From Candidatus Delongbacteria bacterium (GTDB taxonomy: Bacteria; CAIWAD01): a stretch of DNA of 64,000 nucleotides. How positions within the stretch are numbered: position 1 is the first letter of the stretch; each line of letters starts with the position of its first letter. The position numbers were made by a program, and so were the translations under genes. The notes beneath the pieces were generated by a model. That model had not been told where the DNA came from. It made no database searches and saw only the letters and a program-made list of their open reading frames with translations. Shown here piece by piece: positions 9,664-18,743 of this stretch. The DNA is taken from NCBI GenBank assembly GCA_963663545.1, contig OY760505.1, positions 2,400,001 through 2,464,000 of the forward strand, written 5' to 3'.

Positions 9664-10676
9664 TACAAGTTTTACCTGGGATTCCATCAACGGACGAATG
9701 GAAGCAGTGGCTCGCTACCAGGCAGCACACATTGTATCACACGCCTGAGTTTCTACAATTCATGCTCAAAGCCGAGTATCCGATGCACGTGTATCACGTA
9801 AGACGCGATGCGAAGCTGGCGGGATTAGCCATTGTCGTTGAGGATAGGGTGATTCCCGTTCCATTTATCGGTGCCAAAGGCTTTTGTCCTGCGGGCATCC
9901 TGGTCGAGGATGCAGAGATTCAGCAGGCGCTACTAGTAGAGCTGCAGAAGAAGCTGCGTCGGCACATGCTCTATCTGGAGATCTACGAGCCCGATACTGG
10001 TTCCGCACTGGAGTATCCTGCAAAATGGCGTAGAGATTTTCACATCAACTATGTCATCGACCTAACGCAGGGTATTGGCGAAGTGCGCAAGAACTACTCC
10101 CGGGCGATTCGACGCAATCTACGTCGCGCTGAACTGGAGCAACCGCGCTGGCGTCTTGTAACTACGGTTCAGGAACTGCGTACCGTTCACCGCTTGCTGT
10201 GTAGCACGAGCCAGCGTGTGCACGCACCTGCGCTTCCGTGGAAGCTGTTGCGCACCGTGTTCAACCAACTGGGACCACGTACTGGTTGCCGCTGTTACGT
10301 TGCCGAAGTGCCGGACGGAGTTGGGGGGTGGATTACAATCAATACACGCATTGAGCTCGTGTATGGTGATCGGGCAATTGATTGGTACACAGGAAGCGTG
10401 GAGCAATACGCTGACACACAGATTGGCACCTGGATGGTGGATCGCATTCTAGCTGATCTTGTTCGCTGCGGCGTGCGCTGTTTCGATTTTGGCGGCGCAG
10501 GACGTGAAGGAGGAGACTATGGACCGGCGGAATTCAAGCGTCGCTTTGGCGGACAGCAAATTTCCATCAGCCGCTATCAGTACCGCTTTCATCCTCATCT
10601 GCTTGCTATCGCACGCATGCTTTATCGCGTGATACGTCGTTCGGGTGGAACTGGTAATCGTGAAGTAACCACGTAG
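9660..10676 (+). CDS. GNAT/FemAB-like acyltransferase (Acetyltransf_6 type)
   Basis: VIDLT...YSRAIRRNLRRA and FDFGGAG...FKRRFGG motifs; GTG start overlaps upstream TGA. Confidence 0.8.
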   Translation: MIQVLPGIPSTDEWKQWLATRQHTLYHTPEFLQFMLKAEYPMHVYHVRRDAKLAGLAIVVEDRVIPVPFIGAKGFCPAGILVEDAEIQQALLVELQKKLRRHMLYLEIYEPDTGSALEYPAKWRRDFHINYVIDLTQGIGEVRKNYSRAIRRNLRRAELEQPRWRLVTTVQELRTVHRLLCSTSQRVHAPALPWKLLRTVFNQLGPRTGCRCYVAEVPDGVGGWITINTRIELVYGDRAIDWYTGSVEQYADTQIGTWMVDRILADLVRCGVRCFDFGGAGREGGDYGPAEFKRRFGGQQISISRYQYRFHPHLLAIARMLYRVIRRSGGTGNREVTT

Positions 10677-12187
10677 CGACCTTTTCCGCGACGCAGCTCT
10701 GGTGCACCTAAAATGCTTGTGTGATCCATGGCAACGTCTATCAGCGTACGACTGTTGTCCTCTTCAAGCCGATACACATTGTAGCCCTGAGCACCGGGAA
10801 CCGCCGCCCACTCCAATTGAAGCAATCCACTGGGAAGGCGTGTTACAAAAACGCGATTCATCTGCGTAGGGGTTGCCATTGAAATCGCTCGATCGAGGCG
10901 AAGCAATCCCCATCCCGTTTCCCGATCGTATCCCGGGTCACCAAGATCCAGCGCACTTTGTTGCAGAATCTGGTGGATGTCCGCCGGTTCCAGCTCAGGG
11001 AAGGTGCTGGCAAGTAACAGTGCGACGCCGCTGACATGAGCGCAGGCGGCCGAGGTTCCGTTGAAGCTCGTTGTGTAGCTGGCAATGTTGGTGCTCGCTA
11101 GGCGTACGCCAGGGGCGAGCAGGTCCAAGCCCGTACCCCAGTTGCTTCCCCATCCACTTTCGCCGTCACAGGAAGTCGCAGAAGCTCTCTCACCACAAGG
11201 ACTGCACGCGCCCACTGCAACACAAGTCTCCAGGCTGGCGGGAAACTCAATGCCTTCGGTATCCATGTTGCCAGCGGCTGCCACGGTTAGCATTCCCGAT
11301 TGTCTGCCCATTTCGATCTGTGTCACAGCGGGTTCATACACGTAGGGAAGTCCGCCCGAGTAATTGGCCACATCCGCTTCTGAAACACGTGCGAAATTCA
11401 GACCATTGGCCATTGCGCTGGCAAGGCCTTGCCCAAGAGCATTGAAGACCTTAATCGGCAGAACCTGAGTGTTCCAGCAGATGCCAGCCACACCGAGCGC
11501 GTTGTTGCCGCGCGCTGCAATGATTCCGGCTACGCGTGTACCGTGCCCGTGATCGTCGCTGGCACCTGGTTGGTTGATGATGAAGTTAAAACCAGGTAGC
11601 AAGCGGTCCTGCAATTCCCCATGTGTCGGATCAACGCCAGTATCAAGAATCGCCACCAGACCTACGCTTTCGCCGCCGACCCAATCCCAGGAAAGTGGCG
11701 CACCGATATCGATACCAATTGTGCCGACTAGAGCGCCGCTGGGAGTCACGGCCTGGCTGTGATTATCCAGTGCCCATTGTTGCGGAAACATGGTGTCATC
11801 CGGAGCAAGATTGAGGTGTGCAATCCAATCGGCGCTCACATGTTTCACCGAAGACTGCTTTGCAATCAAATCGCGTAGGGCTGCTAGATCCGCATCGGGC
11901 TGAAAGTCCACCAGCAAGAAGCTGCTTAGCTGATAGCGATCGTAATCCCGATCCCCCGAGTACCTGATGAAATGGCGTCGGATTTGTGTTGCGCCCAGAC
12001 GGGCCAGAAGCTGGTCCAGTTCAGTATCATCACAACTGCCGGTCTCTGATTGGACCGGGTGATTCAGCTGCAACATCAAGCGCCCGGCCAAACAGGGTTG
12101 GCCGTCCAGGAGTACCTGGGGCAAAGGTGAAGCCGTCAGTGTAGCAGCCAGCAGCAGCGCAAGCGGACAGAGCAGAAGTTTCAGCAC
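10622..12187 (-). CDS. Secreted S8 (subtilisin-like) serine peptidase
   Basis: Triad VAILDTG, HGHGTRVAG, NGTSAACAHV; oxyanion AAAGN; signal peptide from GTG 12187 with GAAGGA SD. Confidence 0.92.
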   Translation of the reverse strand: MLKLLLCPLALLLAATLTASPLPQVLLDGQPCLAGRLMLQLNHPVQSETGSCDDTELDQLLARLGATQIRRHFIRYSGDRDYDRYQLSSFLLVDFQPDADLAALRDLIAKQSSVKHVSADWIAHLNLAPDDTMFPQQWALDNHSQAVTPSGALVGTIGIDIGAPLSWDWVGGESVGLVAILDTGVDPTHGELQDRLLPGFNFIINQPGASDDHGHGTRVAGIIAARGNNALGVAGICWNTQVLPIKVFNALGQGLASAMANGLNFARVSEADVANYSGGLPYVYEPAVTQIEMGRQSGMLTVAAAGNMDTEGIEFPASLETCVAVGACSPCGERASATSCDGESGWGSNWGTGLDLLAPGVRLASTNIASYTTSFNGTSAACAHVSGVALLLASTFPELEPADIHQILQQSALDLGDPGYDRETGWGLLRLDRAISMATPTQMNRVFVTRLPSGLLQLEWAAVPGAQGYNVYRLEEDNSRTLIDVAMDHTSILGAPELRRGKGRYVVTSRLPVPPERRITR

Positions 12188-12453
12188 CTGATTTCCTTCA
12201 TTTCCTGGGCACGGCGAACCGGGTTCGCGCACTCCTCTCCAGGCCGCAAGAGTGTCATGTTCGTCCCGAAGATGCAAATCGTCATTTGCCTCAATGCAAA
12301 TGAGTCAAAATGTACGCGAAGCGAAATTACTTGCACTTACAACGCCATTACTCCTCCTTTCTGCGGTACTCGTGAACGCCCGACCAATATTTCTATACCA
12401 GCATAACACCATTTGTGTGTGGACGTGACACACAGGTGGGGAAGGAGAAGACG

Positions 12454-15400
12454 ATGTCATTGCGTGTTCTACTGTTGTTATCCCTCACTGCAGCACTGCA
12501 GGCTTCCGCACCGCAGACGCCGCTCGAGGATTCCAGGCACGATCTTGTGCGCCTTTCGGATGGAGGCCTGTGTGCACCGGATCACGTCATTGTGCAGATG
12601 TCGCCCCTTGTGCAGGCGGATCGAAGCACAGGCGCTGTAGCCCTGGAGCAGGTGCCCGAGTTTCAACAGTTACGCTCGGTCATGGTAACTGGAATGCGTC
12701 CGCTGATCGCGCGTGATGAGGTGGACGAGTTGTCGCGTGATACAGGCACCGATCGCTACTATCTGTTGGAGACCGAGCCGACCTCGGATGTTGAATCGCT
12801 ACTGAGCGAATTGAGCGCGTTATCTTCGGTTGTTGACGCGTGGCCCGATTACAGACGCTATATAGCCCGAACCCCCACAGATAGCTACTACAGCCAGCAG
12901 TGGGCGCATCACAATACGGGGCAGGCGCGGTCATATTCCGGCAGCTATGTGGGAACCACCGACTGCGACATCGACACCGATCAGGCCTGGGATATCACGA
13001 CGGGATCGACGGATGTAATCATCGCTATCCTCGACACCGGTATTGATTCGAATCATCCCGATTTGCAGGCCAAGCTGGTTAGCGGCTATGACTTCGCAAA
13101 TGGCGATTCTAATCCCGAGGATGATGAAGGCCACGGTACGGCTTGTGCTGGTATCGCGGCTGCCATCAGCAATAACAGCACTGGTGTGGCCGGTGTTGAT
13201 TGGAATGCCAGACTGATGCCCGTCAAGGTGCTTGACAGCAGCGGCTCCGGCTGGGACTCCGATATCATTTCCGGTATCACGTGGGCGCGCACGCACGGTG
13301 CCGATGTGATCAGCATGAGCCTTGGTGCCGATGGTAGCTCCAGCAGCTATACCTCTCCCTTGTCGGCGTGCTGGAGCGCTGGCGTAATGGTGGTGGCCGC
13401 TGCCGGCAACGACAACGATGCCAATGTCGACAGCCCGGCGAACAACACATATGCTTTGGCCATTGGCGCGCTTTCGCCTTGCAACGAGCGCAAGAATCCC
13501 AGCAGCTGCGACGGCGAATACTGGTGGGGCAGCAGCTATGGAACCGGGTTGGAAGTCATGGCACCGGGAACTCGTCTACATACCACGCAGATGGGTGGCG
13601 GTTACATGAGCAACATGAACGGTACTTCCGGTGCGACACCCCACGTGGCGGGCGTGATCGGACTGATCAAGAGTGTTGCGCCTACCATGACGAGCACTGA
13701 GATTCGGCAACTGCTCCGTGATACAGCGGATGATTTGAGCACCACTGGCTGGGATAGTCAGACGGGTTATGGACGTGTCAATGCCTACCAGGCCGTTCTT
13801 GCGGTTGGTGATCCATGTGATTCGGATGTCACCGGTCCGACACTTACTCACACACCGCTTGGTAATACAAGCAATAACACCACACCCTATCTGGTTCAAG
13901 CTTTGGCCACTGATGATTGTGATATCAGCAGCGTGACACTCTACTATCAGACCAGCGTCAACCCGTCCTGGGTCAGCGCCGCGATGTCCCTGGTAGGCGG
14001 CTATTACACGAGTTCTATTCCTGCGCAGAGCTACGGCACAGTAGTCAACTACTACATCTCTGCAATTGATGATAGCCCGCAGAACAACGAGAGTACGGTT
14101 AGTGGCTATTTCTACGTCATCGATCCCTGTGCTTCGGATTACGACGGACCCCTTGTCGGCCACACGCCGCCCGCTGACACCTATCAGCAGGATGGGATTT
14201 ACACGTTGATCTTTGCTGCAGCGGATCCCTGCGGCATTAGCAGCACATGGTGCACCTACAGCTTCAATGGTGGAGCTCCGGTTTCAGTACCTACATATCC
14301 AAGTGGCAACGATTATCTGGTTGCGATCCCGGGAACGGGCGAGCCGGGCGTGGTGAGCTACACGTTCACCGCGCAGGATGCCAGTCCGAATTACAACACA
14401 ACTGCTGCCAATGGCGCTTTCCAGGTGCTGGATCCGTGTCAGATTGATACTGAAGCACCGGTCATTACCCACACTCCTCCCGCTGACACAAGCGAAGAAG
14501 CGCCCTACGCTCTCAGCTTCGAGTTTGTCGACCCGTGCGGTATTGGAAACGTCTACGGTGAGTACCATGTGGACGGTGGCGCGATGCAAGTTCTGCTGCT
14601 CGTGGATCAGGGCGATGGCACCTGGTTGGCGGAGATACCCTACTCGGGTATTGGGTTGTACGAGTATCACATCATGGTGGAGGACGCTTCGCCGCAGCAT
14701 AACCTGGCGGAGGCGGCCTACAGCTTCAATGTGTTGGATCCCTGCGCCGACGACACCGAAGCGCCGACGATCACCCACACAGCGCTTGAAGACACGTACG
14801 ATGAAGGCCCCTACGCCCTTGTATTCGAATTTGCGGATCCGTGTGACATCAGCCTCGTTACCGCTGGTTATGAGTTCGACGGTGGAACAACTGTGACACT
14901 CACGCTGACGGACCAGGGTGATGGAAGTTGGACGGGCGATATTCCGGACGAGGGAATCGGTGACTACGTGTATCACGTGTCTGTCTACGATGGCTCTCCG
15001 CAGACGAATCTGGCGGAAGCGAGCTATTCATTTGAAGTCCTGGACAGCTGCAACCTGGATGTAACACCGCCCAGCTTGTCTCACACTCCGCAAGACGATA
15101 CGTACTTGCATGGCCCCTACGAGTTGAGTTTTAGTGTGGACGATCCTTGCGGTATTTCGGCCGCTGAACTGGAGTGGCGCCTGGGCTCAGGTGAGTGGCA
15201 ATCAGCAACCTTGTCGGCTGTCAGTGGCGGATACGAGGCAGAACTTCCTTACCAGGGGGATGGTGTTGTCAGCTATGCGGCGAGTTTTGCCGACGATAGC
15301 CCGCAGCAGAATACCGTGGAGGAGCAGTGGTCGTTCGAGATTCTCTCGCCTACCGTGCCCGACCTGTTCATCACTCTGCTCGATCCCGACACCGTGCAAC

Positions 15401-15567
15401 TTGACTGGACGGCGCATGCCGACGCGGATAGTTACTCCGTGTGGTCGGCTGGTGCGGATGATCAATGGACACTGCAATCCGAAGGGCTGACGCAAACATC
15501 AGTGCAGTACAGCGTTGGTACGGATACCGTCCTGAAATTCCGTGTTACAGCGGAGTTCAATCACTAG
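12454..15567 (+). CDS. Secreted S8 serine peptidase with five C-terminal Cys-containing Ig-like repeats
   Basis: IAILDTG, GHGTACAG, NGTSGATPHV, AAAGN; signal peptide MSLRVLLLL after AAGGAG SD. Confidence 0.93.
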   Translation: MSLRVLLLLSLTAALQASAPQTPLEDSRHDLVRLSDGGLCAPDHVIVQMSPLVQADRSTGAVALEQVPEFQQLRSVMVTGMRPLIARDEVDELSRDTGTDRYYLLETEPTSDVESLLSELSALSSVVDAWPDYRRYIARTPTDSYYSQQWAHHNTGQARSYSGSYVGTTDCDIDTDQAWDITTGSTDVIIAILDTGIDSNHPDLQAKLVSGYDFANGDSNPEDDEGHGTACAGIAAAISNNSTGVAGVDWNARLMPVKVLDSSGSGWDSDIISGITWARTHGADVISMSLGADGSSSSYTSPLSACWSAGVMVVAAAGNDNDANVDSPANNTYALAIGALSPCNERKNPSSCDGEYWWGSSYGTGLEVMAPGTRLHTTQMGGGYMSNMNGTSGATPHVAGVIGLIKSVAPTMTSTEIRQLLRDTADDLSTTGWDSQTGYGRVNAYQAVLAVGDPCDSDVTGPTLTHTPLGNTSNNTTPYLVQALATDDCDISSVTLYYQTSVNPSWVSAAMSLVGGYYTSSIPAQSYGTVVNYYISAIDDSPQNNESTVSGYFYVIDPCASDYDGPLVGHTPPADTYQQDGIYTLIFAAADPCGISSTWCTYSFNGGAPVSVPTYPSGNDYLVAIPGTGEPGVVSYTFTAQDASPNYNTTAANGAFQVLDPCQIDTEAPVITHTPPADTSEEAPYALSFEFVDPCGIGNVYGEYHVDGGAMQVLLLVDQGDGTWLAEIPYSGIGLYEYHIMVEDASPQHNLAEAAYSFNVLDPCADDTEAPTITHTALEDTYDEGPYALVFEFADPCDISLVTAGYEFDGGTTVTLTLTDQGDGSWTGDIPDEGIGDYVYHVSVYDGSPQTNLAEASYSFEVLDSCNLDVTPPSLSHTPQDDTYLHGPYELSFSVDDPCGISAAELEWRLGSGEWQSATLSAVSGGYEAELPYQGDGVVSYAASFADDSPQQNTVEEQWSFEILSPTVPDLFITLLDPDTVQLDWTAHADADSYSVWSAGADDQWTLQSEGLTQTSVQYSVGTDTVLKFRVTAEFNH
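13810..15345 (+). repeat. Five ~102-aa intragenic protein repeats
   Basis: Units start DPCDSDVTGP/DPCASDYDGP/DPCQIDTEAP/DPCADDTEAP/DSCNLDVTPP, contain D(P/D)C(G/D)I and end D-x-SP-x-x-N. Confidence 0.9.
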
Positions 15568-17620
15568 CGAAGGATTGTTGATCGCGAAAGGATCCCTTTG
15601 GTGTGTCACATACACGCCAGAGTTCGATAGGAATTCCTGATCCAAGTAGCGCATCGTGCCAAAGCGTTTGTTCCAATGAACATGTATCACCGGGGCCCTT
15701 GACTTCGATCAAAAGGTGCCCCGGTGATTCTTTTAGTCCCTTTGTATCACCAACAACGGCCTTAGCAAGCGCGTGTGGATTCCAGAGGAAGAGGTCGGGG
15801 AGTCCATGGCCCATCACAGATGAGTTGCTCAACAGCCGCTCTAAAAGGGGCGCCAGTGCTTTGCCCGGCCACAACCAGAGCGCGGCGATTACAGCGTCTC
15901 GGCGGGGTCCGGTCAGAGTATTCCACGTAATCAGTGGATTCAGTAGACCTTCCTTCTCTTCCAGAATCGCGAGTGCACGGGTGCGATGCTGATCGGCGCT
16001 AATCTCTTCAAGCCGATGCATGATACTTGTACGGCGGTTTTCGTAAAACCAACTATCGCCCCAATCCAGTGGTGCGCTTTGATGCCCATGCAAAAAGGCA
16101 CCGGGAATTGGTTGAAACACGAGATCCCAGAAGGTCAGACCGAGCAGGCTACGCAGGAGAAAGTTTTCCACATGCGCGCCGATCCAGCCGCGCTTTTGCC
16201 AGTGCTCTAGTACCAATTCCTCCACAGAGAGGGCTGCGCCGGATTTTCCGGTAAACAGGAGGCGTCCTCCGTTGTGTCCCGGTCGCTGTGGAGCAGTCAG
16301 TGTGTATTCGGGTGGCTGCAACAGGTTCTCGTCGGGCGAGGGATGCAACTCCTTGGTGATACGAAACTGGCGTTGCCTGAGACGATGAGCCAGCACTTCG
16401 TCAGTGCAGTGCTTGAGGCGATGAGTGATACAGTCGAGGGCTTCGCTGCGACGACCGCATTTCATCAGGGCCTGCACCAGACGATCAATTGCCCGCCGAG
16501 CATAGCGGTGCAATGGGTCAAGTCGTAGAAGTCCACGGTACAGCTCGATGGCTTGAGCCGTGTTCCCAATGCGTTCCAGCATTTCAGCGCACCGGCAGAC
16601 GATGGACTGCAGGTCGCGCACCTGGCGACGGCGCGTAATCTCGGGAAGCCGCTCCCAGTCCGCAGCGTGACGCACGTTGTCAAGCTCATCCAGCGCGCGG
16701 TGCCCGTCCAGGGCCAGTTCTTCAATCTGCTGTATCACGTGTTTCAACTCGCGACGGCGCAGGCGATTTTCAATGCTTTCCAGGCTCTGTCCAGCACGCC
16801 ATCCCTTCAAACCAGGGCGTAGCTCTTCCATGCGTTCAAGCAGTGTATCACGCCACTCACCCCAGTGCAGGAAACGTTCCAGTTCTTCACGACTGCGAAA
16901 AGAGGCGACTTCTTCTATATGAACTTGTTCGCAACGCAGTATTCCCAATGCTTCTACAGTAAGAGTGCTTAGGGTTTGGTGGCGATTGCCGAAGTAGAGC
17001 GGAGGCAGCAGCGCTACTAGATCCTTGTACTGCACACTGACCCAGCCATCAAGGTCCAGCAGGACGTCCATAGGCGAGGTTGCGCTCTGCGAGAACAGGT
17101 CTTGCGTTGCGGGGCCCTGTTCTTGTTGCAAAGCATGCATGAGCTCACGCCGTAGACGCGGTGCTGTGGCGCGCAGGTGTTGTCCCATGCGTTTCAGCAA
17201 GCGGCTGCATTCTTCGCCGCTTATCGTTGCAAGCACATCCTCGGCATCTGCGAGCTCACCCTTCCAGATGTGGATCCAGCCACTTTGCGCGAGACCCGAT
17301 AGGGCTGGTTCAGGGTTAAAGATTTCGGGATACCGCAGTGTTGACCGGCGAATCCAATTCCCATTTCGTCCTAGAAGTCGCACATATAAGCGGCGCTGGT
17401 CTAGCGGAAGCAGGGCAAACGATGCGAGAATACGGTGCTCGTCCTCTGAGAAGAGGGCTGTATCACGCTGTAACACGAGCGAGAGAATTCGCTCGAAATT
17501 GTCCAGATAGTAGCCAATGGGTAGCCGACGGTTGTCAGGGAGGGCGTTTGTATCACCAGCCTGAATCTCGGGCGATTCGGCGGGCTCAAGTTCGAAAGGA
17601 AGTGGATCTTGCTGGTTCAC
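15557..17620 (-). CDS. FAN1-like structure-specific nuclease with VRR-NUC domain
   Basis: N-terminal YYLDNF...LYVRLLGR...LRYPEI; FWDLVF...GAF..QSAPLD; C-terminal GLPDLFLW...IEVKGPGD...Q..W PD-(D/E)xK motif. Confidence 0.88.
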   Translation of the reverse strand: MNQQDPLPFELEPAESPEIQAGDTNALPDNRRLPIGYYLDNFERILSLVLQRDTALFSEDEHRILASFALLPLDQRRLYVRLLGRNGNWIRRSTLRYPEIFNPEPALSGLAQSGWIHIWKGELADAEDVLATISGEECSRLLKRMGQHLRATAPRLRRELMHALQQEQGPATQDLFSQSATSPMDVLLDLDGWVSVQYKDLVALLPPLYFGNRHQTLSTLTVEALGILRCEQVHIEEVASFRSREELERFLHWGEWRDTLLERMEELRPGLKGWRAGQSLESIENRLRRRELKHVIQQIEELALDGHRALDELDNVRHAADWERLPEITRRRQVRDLQSIVCRCAEMLERIGNTAQAIELYRGLLRLDPLHRYARRAIDRLVQALMKCGRRSEALDCITHRLKHCTDEVLAHRLRQRQFRITKELHPSPDENLLQPPEYTLTAPQRPGHNGGRLLFTGKSGAALSVEELVLEHWQKRGWIGAHVENFLLRSLLGLTFWDLVFQPIPGAFLHGHQSAPLDWGDSWFYENRRTSIMHRLEEISADQHRTRALAILEEKEGLLNPLITWNTLTGPRRDAVIAALWLWPGKALAPLLERLLSNSSVMGHGLPDLFLWNPHALAKAVVGDTKGLKESPGHLLIEVKGPGDTCSLEQTLWHDALLGSGIPIELWRVCDTPKGSFRDQQSFASD

Positions 17621-17623
17621 GAG

Positions 17624-17650
17624 AAAAAAGGGGGCCGATTGGTGGCCCCC
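17624..17650 (-). terminator. Intrinsic terminator after the 164-aa lipoprotein gene
   Basis: Minus strand GGGGGCC-ACCAATC-GGCCCCC then TTTTTT. Confidence 0.8.
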
Positions 17651-17656
17651 GATCGG

Positions 17657-18151
17657 TCAGTTCAAGTACTCAACCTTGGCAGCAAAGAAGGTCAGTTCCT
17701 GCAGTTCGCCTTTGGTGGCATCTTCCACCTTGACGGGGGCGGCGCAGTCACCGGCCTGCTCACCGGCCGGACGCTCTTCCTTACCGGCGGCGGCTTCGTC
17801 ACCGCAATAATCGCGGTAGGAGGCGTCAGCATAACCCGTCAAGCGCACGCGCTTGCCAGTAGCCTGAGTGTCAAACTTGAAGGCGTCGTCCTTGGCGCGC
17901 ACCAGGCAGAACAGGTCGCCATCGTGATACTCGCCGTCCGCAATCCACATCTTGCAACCGCTGTGGCAGGCGCCTACTATAGTACCCTCAACGACTACTT
18001 CCTGCTGACCCAGCGTCTTCACCTTGGCGGCGAGATCGGCCACTGTCATGCCAGCTTGAGCTCCGTCCTGCTTTTTTGCGCAGGCCGTTAGCAGCAAGGC
18101 AGACAGTACGGTAAGTGCGAGCAGGGGCAGAAGTCTCTTCTTGTTCAGCAT
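17657..18151 (-). CDS. Lipoprotein, possibly DUF4920-like OB-fold
   Basis: Lipobox LLTAC; VVVEGTIVGACHSGCKMWI motif. Confidence 0.6.
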   Translation of the reverse strand: MLNKKRLLPLLALTVLSALLLTACAKKQDGAQAGMTVADLAAKVKTLGQQEVVVEGTIVGACHSGCKMWIADGEYHDGDLFCLVRAKDDAFKFDTQATGKRVRLTGYADASYRDYCGDEAAAGKEERPAGEQAGDCAAPVKVEDATKGELQELTFFAAKVEYLN

Positions 18152-18188
18152 GTTGTCCTCTTCTATTGATCCGTTGAACCCGCGTTGA

Positions 18189-18590
18189 TCAGAGTCTACT
18201 GCGCCGACGTATGCGCAGGAACATGTAGATCCCCGTTACAGCCAATACAATAAAACTGATGGCAATCAGATCAAAGAAGCTGCGTCCCAAGGGCCCTAAA
18301 ATGTCGCCGGTGTGGAAATCGTAGATCAGCCACATCAAAGGAACGCTGTGGGCTTCTTCGGGAAACAGATCTGCGATGCCCTGAACCTCGCGTACCGTGT
18401 CAAGTCGTGTTTGATAACGGTCCGGCAGGATCGACGTTGTCACACGAACCTTGTCCATCCAGGTCCAGCTATGTCGATGATTCAGAAGAATACCGGTCAA
18501 TCCAATCAACACCATGTGCACGCATACCCAGAGGCTGATCAGTTTGAAGTAGCCGAAACAAAACAGATGGACTTTGCGCCAGTATTTCAT
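18189..18590 (-). CDS. PepSY-associated TM-helix membrane protein
   Basis: WRKVH, LTGILLNH, DFHTG...G, AVTGIY motifs. Confidence 0.75.
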   Translation of the reverse strand: MKYWRKVHLFCFGYFKLISLWVCVHMVLIGLTGILLNHRHSWTWMDKVRVTTSILPDRYQTRLDTVREVQGIADLFPEEAHSVPLMWLIYDFHTGDILGPLGRSFFDLIAISFIVLAVTGIYMFLRIRRRSRL

Positions 18591-18743
18591 TTTCCCGTCC
18601 TGATTCCATCGACCTGGCGCGCCTTCGCCAAGATTGAAAGGCAATGTGTCAATTGAACGCCGGAGCTGACAAGTGCTACCTTGAACGAGTGTAGTAGGGC
18701 AGCAGGTTCTTCAGAGTTTCCCCAAGATATCCAGGAGGGCACG

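Noticed and set aside
15541..15555. Identical 15-mer CGTGTTACAGCGGAG also at 23612
   Set aside because: Explained by the shared RVTAE tail plus a GTGTTAC variant; not a separate element.
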